19,292 bases of DNA from Candidatus Micrarchaeota archaeon (GTDB lineage Archaea > B1Sed10-29). Shown here piece after piece: positions 7,874 through 15,550 of the stretch. The stretch spans positions 1 through 19,292 of the forward strand of contig CAYLXZ010000013.1 of assembly GCA_964388265.1 (NCBI GenBank), read 5' to 3'. Numbering within the stretch: the stretch's first letter is position 1; each line of letters begins with the position of its first letter. The notes beneath the pieces are model-generated. The model made no database searches. It was given only the letters and a program-made list of their open reading frames with translations, and was not told where the DNA came from. Made by a program: the position numbers and the translations under genes.

Positions 7874-8545
7874 TCAATCTAGTTTTTCATTGATCTCTCT
7901 TAAAACAGCGATCATTGACCTTGATTCTTTTTTATCGAGAAAGGCTTTCCCTATGATGGTTTTAAAGATTGCTTTAACTTCTTCCGGTTTCTTTAGATTA
8001 TCTAGATCTTCTACTATTTCATTGAAGTATTTGATTAGTGTTTCTTTTTCTTTGGTTTGTTTTGGTTCTTCTTTGATGTTTCTTAGTTCGTATAGGATTA
8101 TTACTGCGGCGTGAGTTATATTCATAACTGGATATTCTTTGCTTGTTGGTATGTGTACTACTGCATCGCATTTTCTTAGTTCTTCATTGTTCAGTCCTGT
8201 TCCTTCTCTTCCTAGGGCTAGTGCTATTTCTCCTTTTGCTTCTTCCGTGTTTTCTTTGAGTTGTTTGGGTGTAAGGGTGCTTCTTTCCGCTGTGTAGTTA
8301 TCAGGGGTTATTCCTGTTGACCCAATCAGGTAGTTCACTTCTTCCTTTATGTCCTCTAGTCTGTCCAGTACCCTGGCGTTTTTAACTGTTTCGTAGGCAT
8401 GTTTAGCTAGCTTTCTTGTCTCTCCTGTCTCTACTTCACACTGTGGGTTTATTAGAATTAGTTCTTCTGCATCGAAGTTGTTCATTGCTCTTGCTAGAGC
8501 TCCTATATTGCCAGGTGTCTCTGGCTCCACGAAGACTACCTTCAT
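7874..8545 (-). CDS. trmJ: SPOUT tRNA methyltransferase, TrmJ/LasT family (2'-O-methylation at position 32)
   Basis: VFVEPETPGNIGALARAMNNF, LGREGTGLNNEEL and IPTSKEYPVMNITHA motifs. Confidence 0.9.
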   Translation of the reverse strand: MKVVFVEPETPGNIGALARAMNNFDAEELILINPQCEVETGETRKLAKHAYETVKNARVLDRLEDIKEEVNYLIGSTGITPDNYTAERSTLTPKQLKENTEEAKGEIALALGREGTGLNNEELRKCDAVVHIPTSKEYPVMNITHAAVIILYELRNIKEEPKQTKEKETLIKYFNEIVEDLDNLKKPEEVKAIFKTIIGKAFLDKKESRSMIAVLREINEKLD

Positions 8546-8712
8546 TTTTTCTTCCTTTTTTTTCTGATTTTCCTTTCTTTTTTCTGTATCTTTGGTCCTA
8601 ATTTATTTACTTTTTTAGCGTTTCCTTGTCTTCTGGCTTTATCGTATTCCTTTCTTAGTTTCCTTTTTCTTCTCTTGTTCCACCATGATCTTATTTTTGC
8701 TATTAGCCCCAT
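8542..8712 (-). CDS. 56-aa highly basic peptide (not in the ORF track)
   Basis: Translates as MGLIAKIRSWWNKRRKRKLRKEYDKARRQGNAKKVNKLGPKIQKKERKIRKKRKKK. AGGTGA SD just upstream of ATG 8712; its stop overlaps the trmJ start (ATGA). Confidence 0.75.
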   Translation of the reverse strand: MGLIAKIRSWWNKRRKRKLRKEYDKARRQGNAKKVNKLGPKIQKKERKIRKKRKKK

Positions 8713-8752
8713 ATTCTCACCTTTTTAATTAGTTATCTTTAGGTTTTTAACT

Positions 8753-9421
8753 TTACCCTATGAGTTTAAGATATTCTTTTATTTCTTCGCTTTTTATTGC
8801 GCACCCTGCGAACTTCACTCCGTAGAGACTTCCTTCCAACATGTCTTTGGTTTTTTCCTTGAAGAATCCTGTTTCGTATCCTCTTGCTATGAGTTCGGAG
8901 CTTCTTATCACATCTATGTCATTGGTTTCTATATCTATTTTTTCTTTAACATCTTTTTCTATCTCTATTTCTTCTTTTACTCGTGATGATATGTAGTCTT
9001 TGAGCACGTGTATGTCTTCTATTAGTAGGCGGGTTGTTCTTTCATCTATCAGTAGGTTGTTGGTTCCAAGGTATTTTAGGGTTCCTATAGCTTCTGCTTC
9101 TCCTCTGTGAAGTATCTCTATGTTTTCTCCGGTTTCCTTGGAGCTCAGTAGTGAATTGGAGAGCTCTAGAAATCTGTTGGTGTATTCTTTTACTGGTTCA
9201 TCTATTACTTTCAGGTATCCTTCTTGTATCAGTTGATTCATCTTTAGGCCTGTGAACTTGAATTTCTTTGTCTGGGTTGGTCTGTCAACTATCTCTTGTT
9301 TAACGGCTTTTGATATGTAGAAGTCCACATCGTGGTTGTCTGAGAAGAAGGGGATTAGGTTCAGGGTGCAGTTATTTCCCAGTGATATCAGGGAACTGGA
9401 GTCACATGCTATTTCCGTCAT
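8753..9421 (-). CDS. PIN-fold protein, extended DUF3368-like
   Basis: IACDSSSLI, KAVKQEI, HRGEAEAI and LLIDERTTR match the four PIN acidic-motif positions. Confidence 0.7.
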   Translation of the reverse strand: MTEIACDSSSLISLGNNCTLNLIPFFSDNHDVDFYISKAVKQEIVDRPTQTKKFKFTGLKMNQLIQEGYLKVIDEPVKEYTNRFLELSNSLLSSKETGENIEILHRGEAEAIGTLKYLGTNNLLIDERTTRLLIEDIHVLKDYISSRVKEEIEIEKDVKEKIDIETNDIDVIRSSELIARGYETGFFKEKTKDMLEGSLYGVKFAGCAIKSEEIKEYLKLIG

Positions 9422-9982
9422 TTAACCACCAGTTATCTCCTTTGTTTTTTCATATCTTTTTCTTAGGGGCATGGTGGTTGTGTAGCCTTCGCTTATTTTG
9501 GTTGCTCCGATGTACTGCATTAGTTCTTCTTCTCCTGCGCCTGTTAGTTCCGATGCTGAGTTCAGTGAGAGTCCGAGTGCGTATAGTCTGCTTGCTTGTT
9601 TTACTCTTGCGTGGTGGATTATGCCTTCTATGTAGTTCCCTGCTTCTTCGTTGAAGTCGTGTATTATACTGATTACCTCATGTAGTCTCTTGCCTTTTTC
9701 TTTTCCTTTTTCCTCTAGTTCTTCCTCTATCTGTTTTTTGAATTTCTTCCATCCTTCTACTTCTTTGTAGTGTGGTTTGCTGAGTATCTTTGATAATCCG
9801 TATGATATGAGTGAAACCTCTACTAATTTGGGTTCTCTTGTTAGCATTGTTTTTTCTATGGATGCATTGCTTATCTTCCGGAGTGAAAGTGAATCTTCCT
9901 TTTCAAAGGATTTCCTTATTTTCTCTAGAGCTTTCCGTATTCCCATTATCTTTTTTGAAGTTATCTTTTCATATTCAGCCAT
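9422..9982 (-). CDS. Hypothetical helical protein with C-terminal UPF0175-like helix-turn-helix
   Basis: RLYALGLSLNSASELTG resembles ELYKEGEVTLEKAAEMLG of the UPF0175 protein in this window. GGTGA SD upstream; abuts the PIN gene with no gap. Confidence 0.6.
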   Translation of the reverse strand: MAEYEKITSKKIMGIRKALEKIRKSFEKEDSLSLRKISNASIEKTMLTREPKLVEVSLISYGLSKILSKPHYKEVEGWKKFKKQIEEELEEKGKEKGKRLHEVISIIHDFNEEAGNYIEGIIHHARVKQASRLYALGLSLNSASELTGAGEEELMQYIGATKISEGYTTTMPLRKRYEKTKEITGG

Positions 9983-9991
9983 TTCATCACC

Positions 9992-11017
9992 TTAAAATTC
10001 CCCTAGATGGGATTGGCTTGTTCCTTCTTGGGTTTTCCTTTTTATCTTTCTTTCTACTTTTTCCACTCGGTCTTTGGAGAAATCATGTTTTTCCACGAGT
10101 TCCTCTATCATCTTGTCGTGGTCTGGTTTTCTCCATTCTAGGCTGTAGTTATCTGTAGTCCGTGGTTCTTTAAATATCTTCCTGAGTTCCTCGAGGTCTT
10201 TATCAGGTTCTTCCTCTTCTTCTTCTTTATACACTTCCTCTGCTCTTTTACCTTTCTGCACGTTTTCTAGGGCTTTTTTTGGACCTATTCCTTTGATTCC
10301 TTCGTTGTAATCTGTTCCTACCAGTATCCCTATTTCTATCAGCTGCTCTTGGTTTATCTCTAGTTCTTTCAACGTTTCTTCAAGGTTTATCTGCTCGGGT
10401 TTGACTTCGATGTACTTGTCTTTACCTGGAAGTTTCCTTTTCCCTGTTATTGTTAGATTCCTTATTAGTGTTGGTGCTCCGTAGAGTATTGAATCGTAGT
10501 CTTGTGAGCTGGCTGCCCATACGTCTCCTTTTTTGGCTATGTAGGAAGCTTGGGCTTCTCCTTCTCCCGGTGCCTGTATGTGGGGTATTCCCATGGCTTC
10601 TAGAAGTTTCTTTGAGTCTTTAACCATTCTTTCTTCGAGTCTTGAGGATAGTTGAGCGTACTTTCTGGCTTCTTTCTTCTTTCCTTTCTTCATTGCTTCT
10701 TCGTATTTCTTCCTTGCTTCCTCTCTTTTTTCTCTTCTTTCGTCGATTGTTTCTTTTTTTAGGTCTGGTGGTTCTCCGTCGAACACGTAGGCTGGTTTTA
10801 TATCGTTTTCCACGAGTTTACCTGTCCTGTATAGCAAGCCGGATAGGTGACTTGTTACTCTTCCTTTTGAGTCTTTGAGTGGTGATCCGTCTCTTTGCCG
10901 TATTATTGAGAGAAATTGATATAGTGTGTTGTAGGCGTCTATGGCTATTTTCCTTGCTTTGAAGCTGTCTATCTCTTTTTCTTTCTTTGGAATTATATCT
11001 CCTATTCCTACTCCCAT
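9992..11017 (-). CDS. fen: Flap endonuclease 1
   Basis: MGV start, IDAYNTLYQFLSIIRQ, TSHLSG, VFDG, EGEAQAS, SQDYDS and GTDYNEGIKGIGPK motifs; C-terminal PIP box QSHLGEF. Confidence 0.97.
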   Translation of the reverse strand: MGVGIGDIIPKKEKEIDSFKARKIAIDAYNTLYQFLSIIRQRDGSPLKDSKGRVTSHLSGLLYRTGKLVENDIKPAYVFDGEPPDLKKETIDERREKREEARKKYEEAMKKGKKKEARKYAQLSSRLEERMVKDSKKLLEAMGIPHIQAPGEGEAQASYIAKKGDVWAASSQDYDSILYGAPTLIRNLTITGKRKLPGKDKYIEVKPEQINLEETLKELEINQEQLIEIGILVGTDYNEGIKGIGPKKALENVQKGKRAEEVYKEEEEEEPDKDLEELRKIFKEPRTTDNYSLEWRKPDHDKMIEELVEKHDFSKDRVEKVERKIKRKTQEGTSQSHLGEF

Positions 11018-11071
11018 CTGTATCTCTCCAGTTTCTTTAAGTAGTTATGGGTCTCGATTATAAAAAAGTAT

Positions 11072-11566
11072 TTAGATTTTTTCCAGGAAGCTGGCTAGGA
11101 TCTCCTCTTTTATTCTGTAACCTTTTCCTACTATCTCTAGGGTCAAATCCTTTAGTTTTTCTTCTGTGATTAGGTTCTGTGAGTTAGATTTTGCGAGTAT
11201 CCAGAGTGTTCCTCGGGGATTGAGTTCAAGTGCTTCGGCTAGGTTCCTTGCTTTCCGGTCATCTATTAGAACTGTTTTTATGTCTTTTTCCAGCGCTGTG
11301 GAGATCACTGCTTTTTCTCCTGAGCCAAGCGGTGATTTATTCAGGGCCTGTGGTTCTTTGCTGGTCTCCATCTCGGTCACGGTTTCTTTTGTTAGGAATC
11401 TCTCGATTCTGAAGGCATCTTCAAAGCCCTGTTCCTTCCCCTGTACTACAGTTTCCTTTTGCACTTCTGATGGAACTATGATTTCTTTGAATAGATCTGT
11501 GAGCAGGTTCAGTTTATTCACTTTGCCCAGGAAGATCAGCGGGGTAGAGTTGATAACTATCTTCAT
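11072..11566 (-). CDS. DUF3368 PIN-domain protein (putative toxin)
   Basis: INSTPLI, VPSEVQKE, LGSGEKAVI, LIDDRKAR and GTLWIL motifs; start overlaps the stop of the upstream gene. Confidence 0.85.
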   Translation of the reverse strand: MKIVINSTPLIFLGKVNKLNLLTDLFKEIIVPSEVQKETVVQGKEQGFEDAFRIERFLTKETVTEMETSKEPQALNKSPLGSGEKAVISTALEKDIKTVLIDDRKARNLAEALELNPRGTLWILAKSNSQNLITEEKLKDLTLEIVGKGYRIKEEILASFLEKI

Positions 11567-11865
11567 TTAACCACGGGTTCGAGGTCTTTTTGAAGTTCCT
11601 CTTTAGTGTAGTGGAGGTGTATGTCTTTTTCTTTAAGCAGCTCTATCATCTCCCAGATCGATATGCCCAGCATCTCTGCTGCTTTCTCCAGCGTTACTTC
11701 TCCTTCTTTGTATAGTTCTAGGATGTGTTTCTGTTTTTCTTTCTCCAGTGCTTCTTGTATGAGGTTTCTTAGTAGGGTTGCTCTATCCATCTTTCTCTGT
11801 TCAGATAGTTCATCTATCTCTTCCAGCATCTGTTCTTTTATCCGGGTTGTCACGGTAGCGGTCAT
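11563..11865 (-). CDS. UPF0175 family protein (RHH-like N-terminus plus HTH; putative antitoxin)
   Basis: TVTTRI...MDRATLLRNLI (RHH-like), LYKEGEVTLEKAAEMLGISIWEM and EELQKDL; GAGGTGA SD upstream. Confidence 0.85.
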   Translation of the reverse strand: MTATVTTRIKEQMLEEIDELSEQRKMDRATLLRNLIQEALEKEKQKHILELYKEGEVTLEKAAEMLGISIWEMIELLKEKDIHLHYTKEELQKDLEPVVK

Positions 11866-11880
11866 TCAATCACCTCTCCA

Positions 11881-11936
11881 ACCTGTATCTATCAGATCCG
11901 TATCGATATAGTTTATATGCATACAGGTATTTAAAT
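11881..11936 (-). promoter_or_regulatory. Promoter and candidate operator of the UPF0175/DUF3368 pair
   Basis: TTTAAATA on the minus strand (11929-11936), immediately followed by inverted repeat arms ACCTGTAT (11881-11888) and ATACAGGT (11921-11928). Confidence 0.45.
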
Positions 11937-12020
11937 CTTACAGAGCCTTTGTTCCGTAACTTAATTATGATTCTCTTCATAAAGAATTATAAGGAAGATT
12001 GATCTAAATCGAGGAGCATT

Positions 12021-13025
12021 ATGGAGAAATTCAAAGAGTTTAAAAGCCTTTTTGAGAGATATGACGTGGATGAGGCTGTTATTTACGCTCACGCGGATCA
12101 TGATGGCCAAGCTTCCTCTGCAGCTTTAAACTATATCTTTGGAGATATCGAGGTAGATTTCAGCCAGTCTTTTAGGCCAAAAAAGATTCCGAAAGCCTTT
12201 AATAAGAAACTTTTTGTTATATGTGATCTTCTTTTCTCGGAAAAACAGATTGAAATTCTGCTTGATAGAGGTTTAAAGGTCGTTAACTTAGATCACCATG
12301 ATGTAAGAGAAATTAATGATGATAACTACCACTGTTTTAACCCGAAAAGGATCTACGAAGAGGAGTTCATATCTACCTCTGGATTGATCTGGAAGTTTTT
12401 TTCTCCTTCTGATATTGACTGGTTGTTGGCCATGGGCTCGGCAGGTGATATAGCGGTTGAAGGAGTCCCGCAGTTGCTCGAAAGGATTAGTTTAGAGTAT
12501 CCTGAGCTAATCAAGGATACTGATCTTCGTTCAATCTATGATTCAAAGATATACGAGTTAGCAAGAGTTGTTTTAACTTCGTTTGAAAGGCCTAGAGAAG
12601 GATTTAAACTGATTCAAAGATCTATAGAGGAAGATTATGGAGTCTTATATGGTTCTAAGCTATATGATGAGTATTTAGAGAAACAGGAAGATATAAAAAG
12701 CTTCCTTAACAGCCCTTATCCTCAAAGAGATTCTGAGGAATACATTTTAATAGATTCAACGGGTGAAGAGAACCCTGGGAGCTATGGAGGTCATCTAAAT
12801 CTAGAAAACGGTGATGAAAGAGTCTACGTGGAGTACAGTGATGGTAGACTTTACTTCAGGAACTTCTTTGGAGATAAGGATATCTGTGAATTAGCTGAGT
12901 TATTCGGTGGAGGTGGAGCTCATAGCAGAGCAGGTGGAGCTTACACTAACAAGTCCTTCAAGGTAGTTGAAAAAGAGATAAGGGATCATTTCAATTACCA
13001 GCAAACCTCTTTAGGAGATTTCTAG
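12021..13025 (+). CDS. DHH-family phosphoesterase (RecJ/NrnA-like) with C-terminal PIP-like motif
   Basis: Motif I HADHDG, motif II ICDL, motif III LDHHD, motif IV AGDIA and DHHA1-like GGGGAHSRAGG; ends QTSLGDF. GAGGAG SD upstream. Confidence 0.82.
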   Translation: MEKFKEFKSLFERYDVDEAVIYAHADHDGQASSAALNYIFGDIEVDFSQSFRPKKIPKAFNKKLFVICDLLFSEKQIEILLDRGLKVVNLDHHDVREINDDNYHCFNPKRIYEEEFISTSGLIWKFFSPSDIDWLLAMGSAGDIAVEGVPQLLERISLEYPELIKDTDLRSIYDSKIYELARVVLTSFERPREGFKLIQRSIEEDYGVLYGSKLYDEYLEKQEDIKSFLNSPYPQRDSEEYILIDSTGEENPGSYGGHLNLENGDERVYVEYSDGRLYFRNFFGDKDICELAELFGGGGAHSRAGGAYTNKSFKVVEKEIRDHFNYQQTSLGDF

Positions 13026-13090
13026 CAATAATTGTTTTAGGCACTACATTTCTATTTTGACTTTCTTGCTGGATTCTAGTTTTTGGATAG

Positions 13091-13113
13091 TAACCTTTTT
13101 CTGAAAAAGGTTA
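13091..13113. terminator. Perfect inverted repeat abutting the tRNA 3' end; possible terminator or processing element
   Basis: TAACCTTTTTC-T-GAAAAAGGTTA between the convergent DHH and tRNA genes; gives a T5 run on each strand. Confidence 0.45.
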
Positions 13114-13194
13114 CGCGGGGACTGGGATTCGAACCCAGGAGGCCAGAGGCCACTGGTTTAGCAAACCAGCGCACTACCACTATGCGACCCCCGC
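13114..13194 (-). tRNA. tRNA-Ser (anticodon GCU), no intron, CCA not encoded
   Basis: Cloverleaf: acceptor GCGGGGG/UCCCCGC with discriminator G, D arm GCAU/GUGC, anticodon arm CUGGU-UUGCUAA-ACCAG, long variable arm GGCC-UCU-GGCC, T arm CUGGG-UUCGAAU-CCCAG. Confidence 0.96.
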
Positions 13195-13197
13195 ATT

Positions 13198-13908
13198 TCA
13201 ATTAGTAATTACATTTACGGCTTCTTCTAGGCTGTTCACACAGTCTATTTTTATTCCTTCTGGTTTTTTTATGTCTTTGCACTGTCCACCAGGCACGATC
13301 ACTCCATTTATATCTTCGGTTTTGTTAGCTATCTCTACCTTTTTCTGCAGCATGGCTACTGGCCCCACATCTCCTTTTTCGTGGAGCACTCCTGTGATTG
13401 CTACATCTTTCTTTGGTTCTTTATCCATTATCAGTGAGTATAGGCCTATTCCTATGGCTAGTGATCCGCTTGAACCTTGTAGTGATCCTTCTGCTGTTGA
13501 GTCTACCCATATTAGGCTTTTGTTCAGGCTTTTCTGTGTTAGTGTTTCCACGGCTTGTTTTATGTTTCTGATGGATGTTTGGAAGCTTGCTCCGTAGGTG
13601 TTCTCGCTTATTTCTACGAATACTTCTCCATTTCCTTGTGCTAGTGTGACTGTTAGGTTCACTGTTTCTCCTGTTCCTTCGTTTGGGTGGACGCCTATTC
13701 CTTTTAGGGTTATGGATTCTCCTTTTTCAGGTATCTCCGGTGACTGGTTTATGTATACTGGGTTCTCGACTTCCTTTTCTTTCGTCACGTATTCTTTTTC
13801 TCTTTTGACTACGTTTTCTCTTTCTCTGAGGATTGCTCCGGAGAAGAAAGCTATCTCCAGCATTACCACTATTACCAGGATCTTCCACCATTCCATCTTT
13901 ATATTCAT
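13198..13908 (-). CDS. Membrane-anchored Lon-type (S16) protease domain without ATPase
   Basis: N-terminal TM helix; GSSGS at the position of Lon GPSAG; AITG...GDVGPV..LQKKV with a candidate catalytic Lys; VNSLEEAV C-terminus. Confidence 0.8.
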   Translation of the reverse strand: MNIKMEWWKILVIVVMLEIAFFSGAILRERENVVKREKEYVTKEKEVENPVYINQSPEIPEKGESITLKGIGVHPNEGTGETVNLTVTLAQGNGEVFVEISENTYGASFQTSIRNIKQAVETLTQKSLNKSLIWVDSTAEGSLQGSSGSLAIGIGLYSLIMDKEPKKDVAITGVLHEKGDVGPVAMLQKKVEIANKTEDINGVIVPGGQCKDIKKPEGIKIDCVNSLEEAVNVITN

Positions 13909-13934
13909 TTTCTCTTCCTCTCTTGTTTTTTAGT

Positions 13935-14206
13935 GGTGAAGCTGCCCAGAGGTCGCTGGCGCTCCCGTGCTCCGGCTACCCTCCGTTCTCCTCGTCCCTG
14001 GGATCCTCTAGACATCCCAGGTATATGTTAGGGCTGCTCCGGTCAGGGCCTGACCCGGTTCCATATACCTAGAATCCTAGAGGGCAGGGAGTCTGCAGAG
14101 AGCAGAGGACCTTTGCACGAAAGGCATCCAACTTCCTCTGGACTCGCCCCCCCGTGAGTGGATTTGGGGTTACAGGAGACCACCGGTCCCCCGGCTGAAC
14201 TTCACC
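13935..14206 (-). ncRNA. ffs: Signal recognition particle (7S) RNA
   Basis: Helix 1 GGUGAAGUU/AGCUUCACC; Alu-like GGGGGACCGGUGGUCUCCUGUAACCCC; SRP54-binding GAACCGGGUCAGG...AGCAGCCC; long complementary helix 5; GC-rich island in AT-rich DNA with a TATA-like element at about 14225-14236. Confidence 0.93.
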
Positions 14207-14405
14207 GTATTATTTATTCTTATCTTTATAATAAAATACCCTGCTTTGCGGTAATTTTTCACAAAAAACCATTGTAATTATTTTACAGGAGTGTTTGAGG
14301 CCGTGGGGTCACGGAAACATTTTTCGAGTGTTTTTTGTTTCTCTTTTTGTGGAACATAAGTAATAAAAATGAGTTTAACCCCAATTAATATGAGGTGACG
14401 TAACA

Positions 14406-15491
14406 GTGGAAACAATGGTAGATGAAGCAGTTCAGAAAGGTGAAGAACGTGAAGAAAAGGAAGCAGAATTGATAGAAGGACCTAACATACAAGTGATAGG
14501 AACAGGAGGAGCAGGAAATAATACAGTAAATCGACTAGCAAGAATAGGTATAGAAGGAGCAGAAATGATAGCTATTAATTCAGATAAACAGCATCTAGGT
14601 TTAGTTCACGACTCAGTAAAGAAAATACTGGTAGGACAGAGCGTTACAAATGGACTAGGCGCAGGTGGAGCTCCTAAAGTAGGAGCCAAGTGTGCTGAAG
14701 TGTCTAGAGGAACTCTGTCTGATGCAATGGAAGGAGCCGACATGGTTTTCCTAACAGCTGGAATGGGTGGTGGAACCGGAACTGGAACCGCTCCAATCTT
14801 AGCTGACATCGCTAAAGAACAAGGAGCGATAGTCATAGCAATGGTTACCTATCCATTCAAGCTAGAGAAAGCCCGGCTCGAAAAAGCAGACGAAGGAATC
14901 AAGAAACTGAGAAAAGTAGCGGACACAGTAATTATAATAGATAACAACAGGCTAGTTGAACTAGTTCCAAACCTGCCAATGGAACAAGCGTTCTCAGTAG
15001 CAGATGAAGTAATAGCAAGAGCAGTAAAAGGAATAACTGAGACAATAACAACACCATCTCTGATAAACCTAGACTACGCGGACGTAAGAGCAATAATGCA
15101 AGAAGCAGGAGTATCAGTAATATCTGTAGGAGAATCAAAAGGACACAGCCGAGTAGAAGAAGCAGTAGAAGACACGCTGAAGAACAGCCTACTAGATGTG
15201 GACTACGCAGGAGCACAAGGATGTCTAATACACATCACAGGCGGACCAGACATGACACTAGGAGAAGCAAACAATATCGGAGAACAACTAACAGAAGCTA
15301 TTGACCCAGAAGCAACAGTTATCTGGGGAGCAAGAGTAACACCTGAATATGAAGGCAGAGTGGAAGTAATCTCCATAATGACAGGTGTAAAATCTCCAAA
15401 TATCAGAGGACCAATGGCAGAAGCAATGGGAGAAGCAGAGTCTTCGAAAAAGCAACCGAAGAACGAACTAGGAATTGACTACCTTAAATAA
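14406..15491 (+). CDS. ftsZ: Cell division GTPase FtsZ (FtsZ2-like signature)
   Basis: GGAGNN, GGGTGTG tubulin signature, [10 protein letters not shown] and C-terminal LGIDYLK; GAGGTGA SD before the GTG. The PNLP...[14 protein letters not shown] form resembles archaeal FtsZ2. Confidence 0.97.
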   Translation: METMVDEAVQKGEEREEKEAELIEGPNIQVIGTGGAGNNTVNRLARIGIEGAEMIAINSDKQHLGLVHDSVKKILVGQSVTNGLGAGGAPKVGAKCAEVSRGTLSDAMEGADMVFLTAGMGGGTGTGTAPILADIAKEQGAIVIAMVTYPFKLEKARLEKADEGIKKLRKVADTVIIIDNNRLVELVPNLPMEQAFSVADEVIARAVKGITETITTPSLINLDYADVRAIMQEAGVSVISVGESKGHSRVEEAVEDTLKNSLLDVDYAGAQGCLIHITGGPDMTLGEANNIGEQLTEAIDPEATVIWGARVTPEYEGRVEVISIMTGVKSPNIRGPMAEAMGEAESSKKQPKNELGIDYLK

Positions 15492-15508
15492 AACTTGAAT
15501 GAAAACTA

Positions 15509-15550
15509 GCCGGGTTCAACCCGGTGGATTTTCTTTTATTTTTCTATTTC
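15509..15550 (+). terminator. Hairpin plus T-rich tract after ftsZ
   Basis: GCCGGGT-TCA-ACCCGGT (15509-15525) followed by TTTTCTTTTATTTTTC. Confidence 0.55.

Noticed and set aside
11018..13194. Intact integrative element at tRNA-Ser
   Set aside because: No integrase, transposase or duplicated tRNA 3' end was found; kept only as a low-interest islet hypothesis.
13114..13194. tRNA-Ser(GCU) as the target of the C/D sRNA
   Set aside because: Its anticodon loop UUGCUAA and D-loop AGUGGUA pair with neither guide.
13833..14072. 79-aa plus-strand ORF
   Set aside because: Antisense to the SRP RNA and the protease start; stop-poor because the RNA gene is GC-rich.
14292..14320. Hairpin CCGTG-GGGT-CACGG between the SRP RNA and ftsZ
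   Set aside because: Only a 5-bp core, and it lies upstream of the likely ftsZ TATA box; could be chance.
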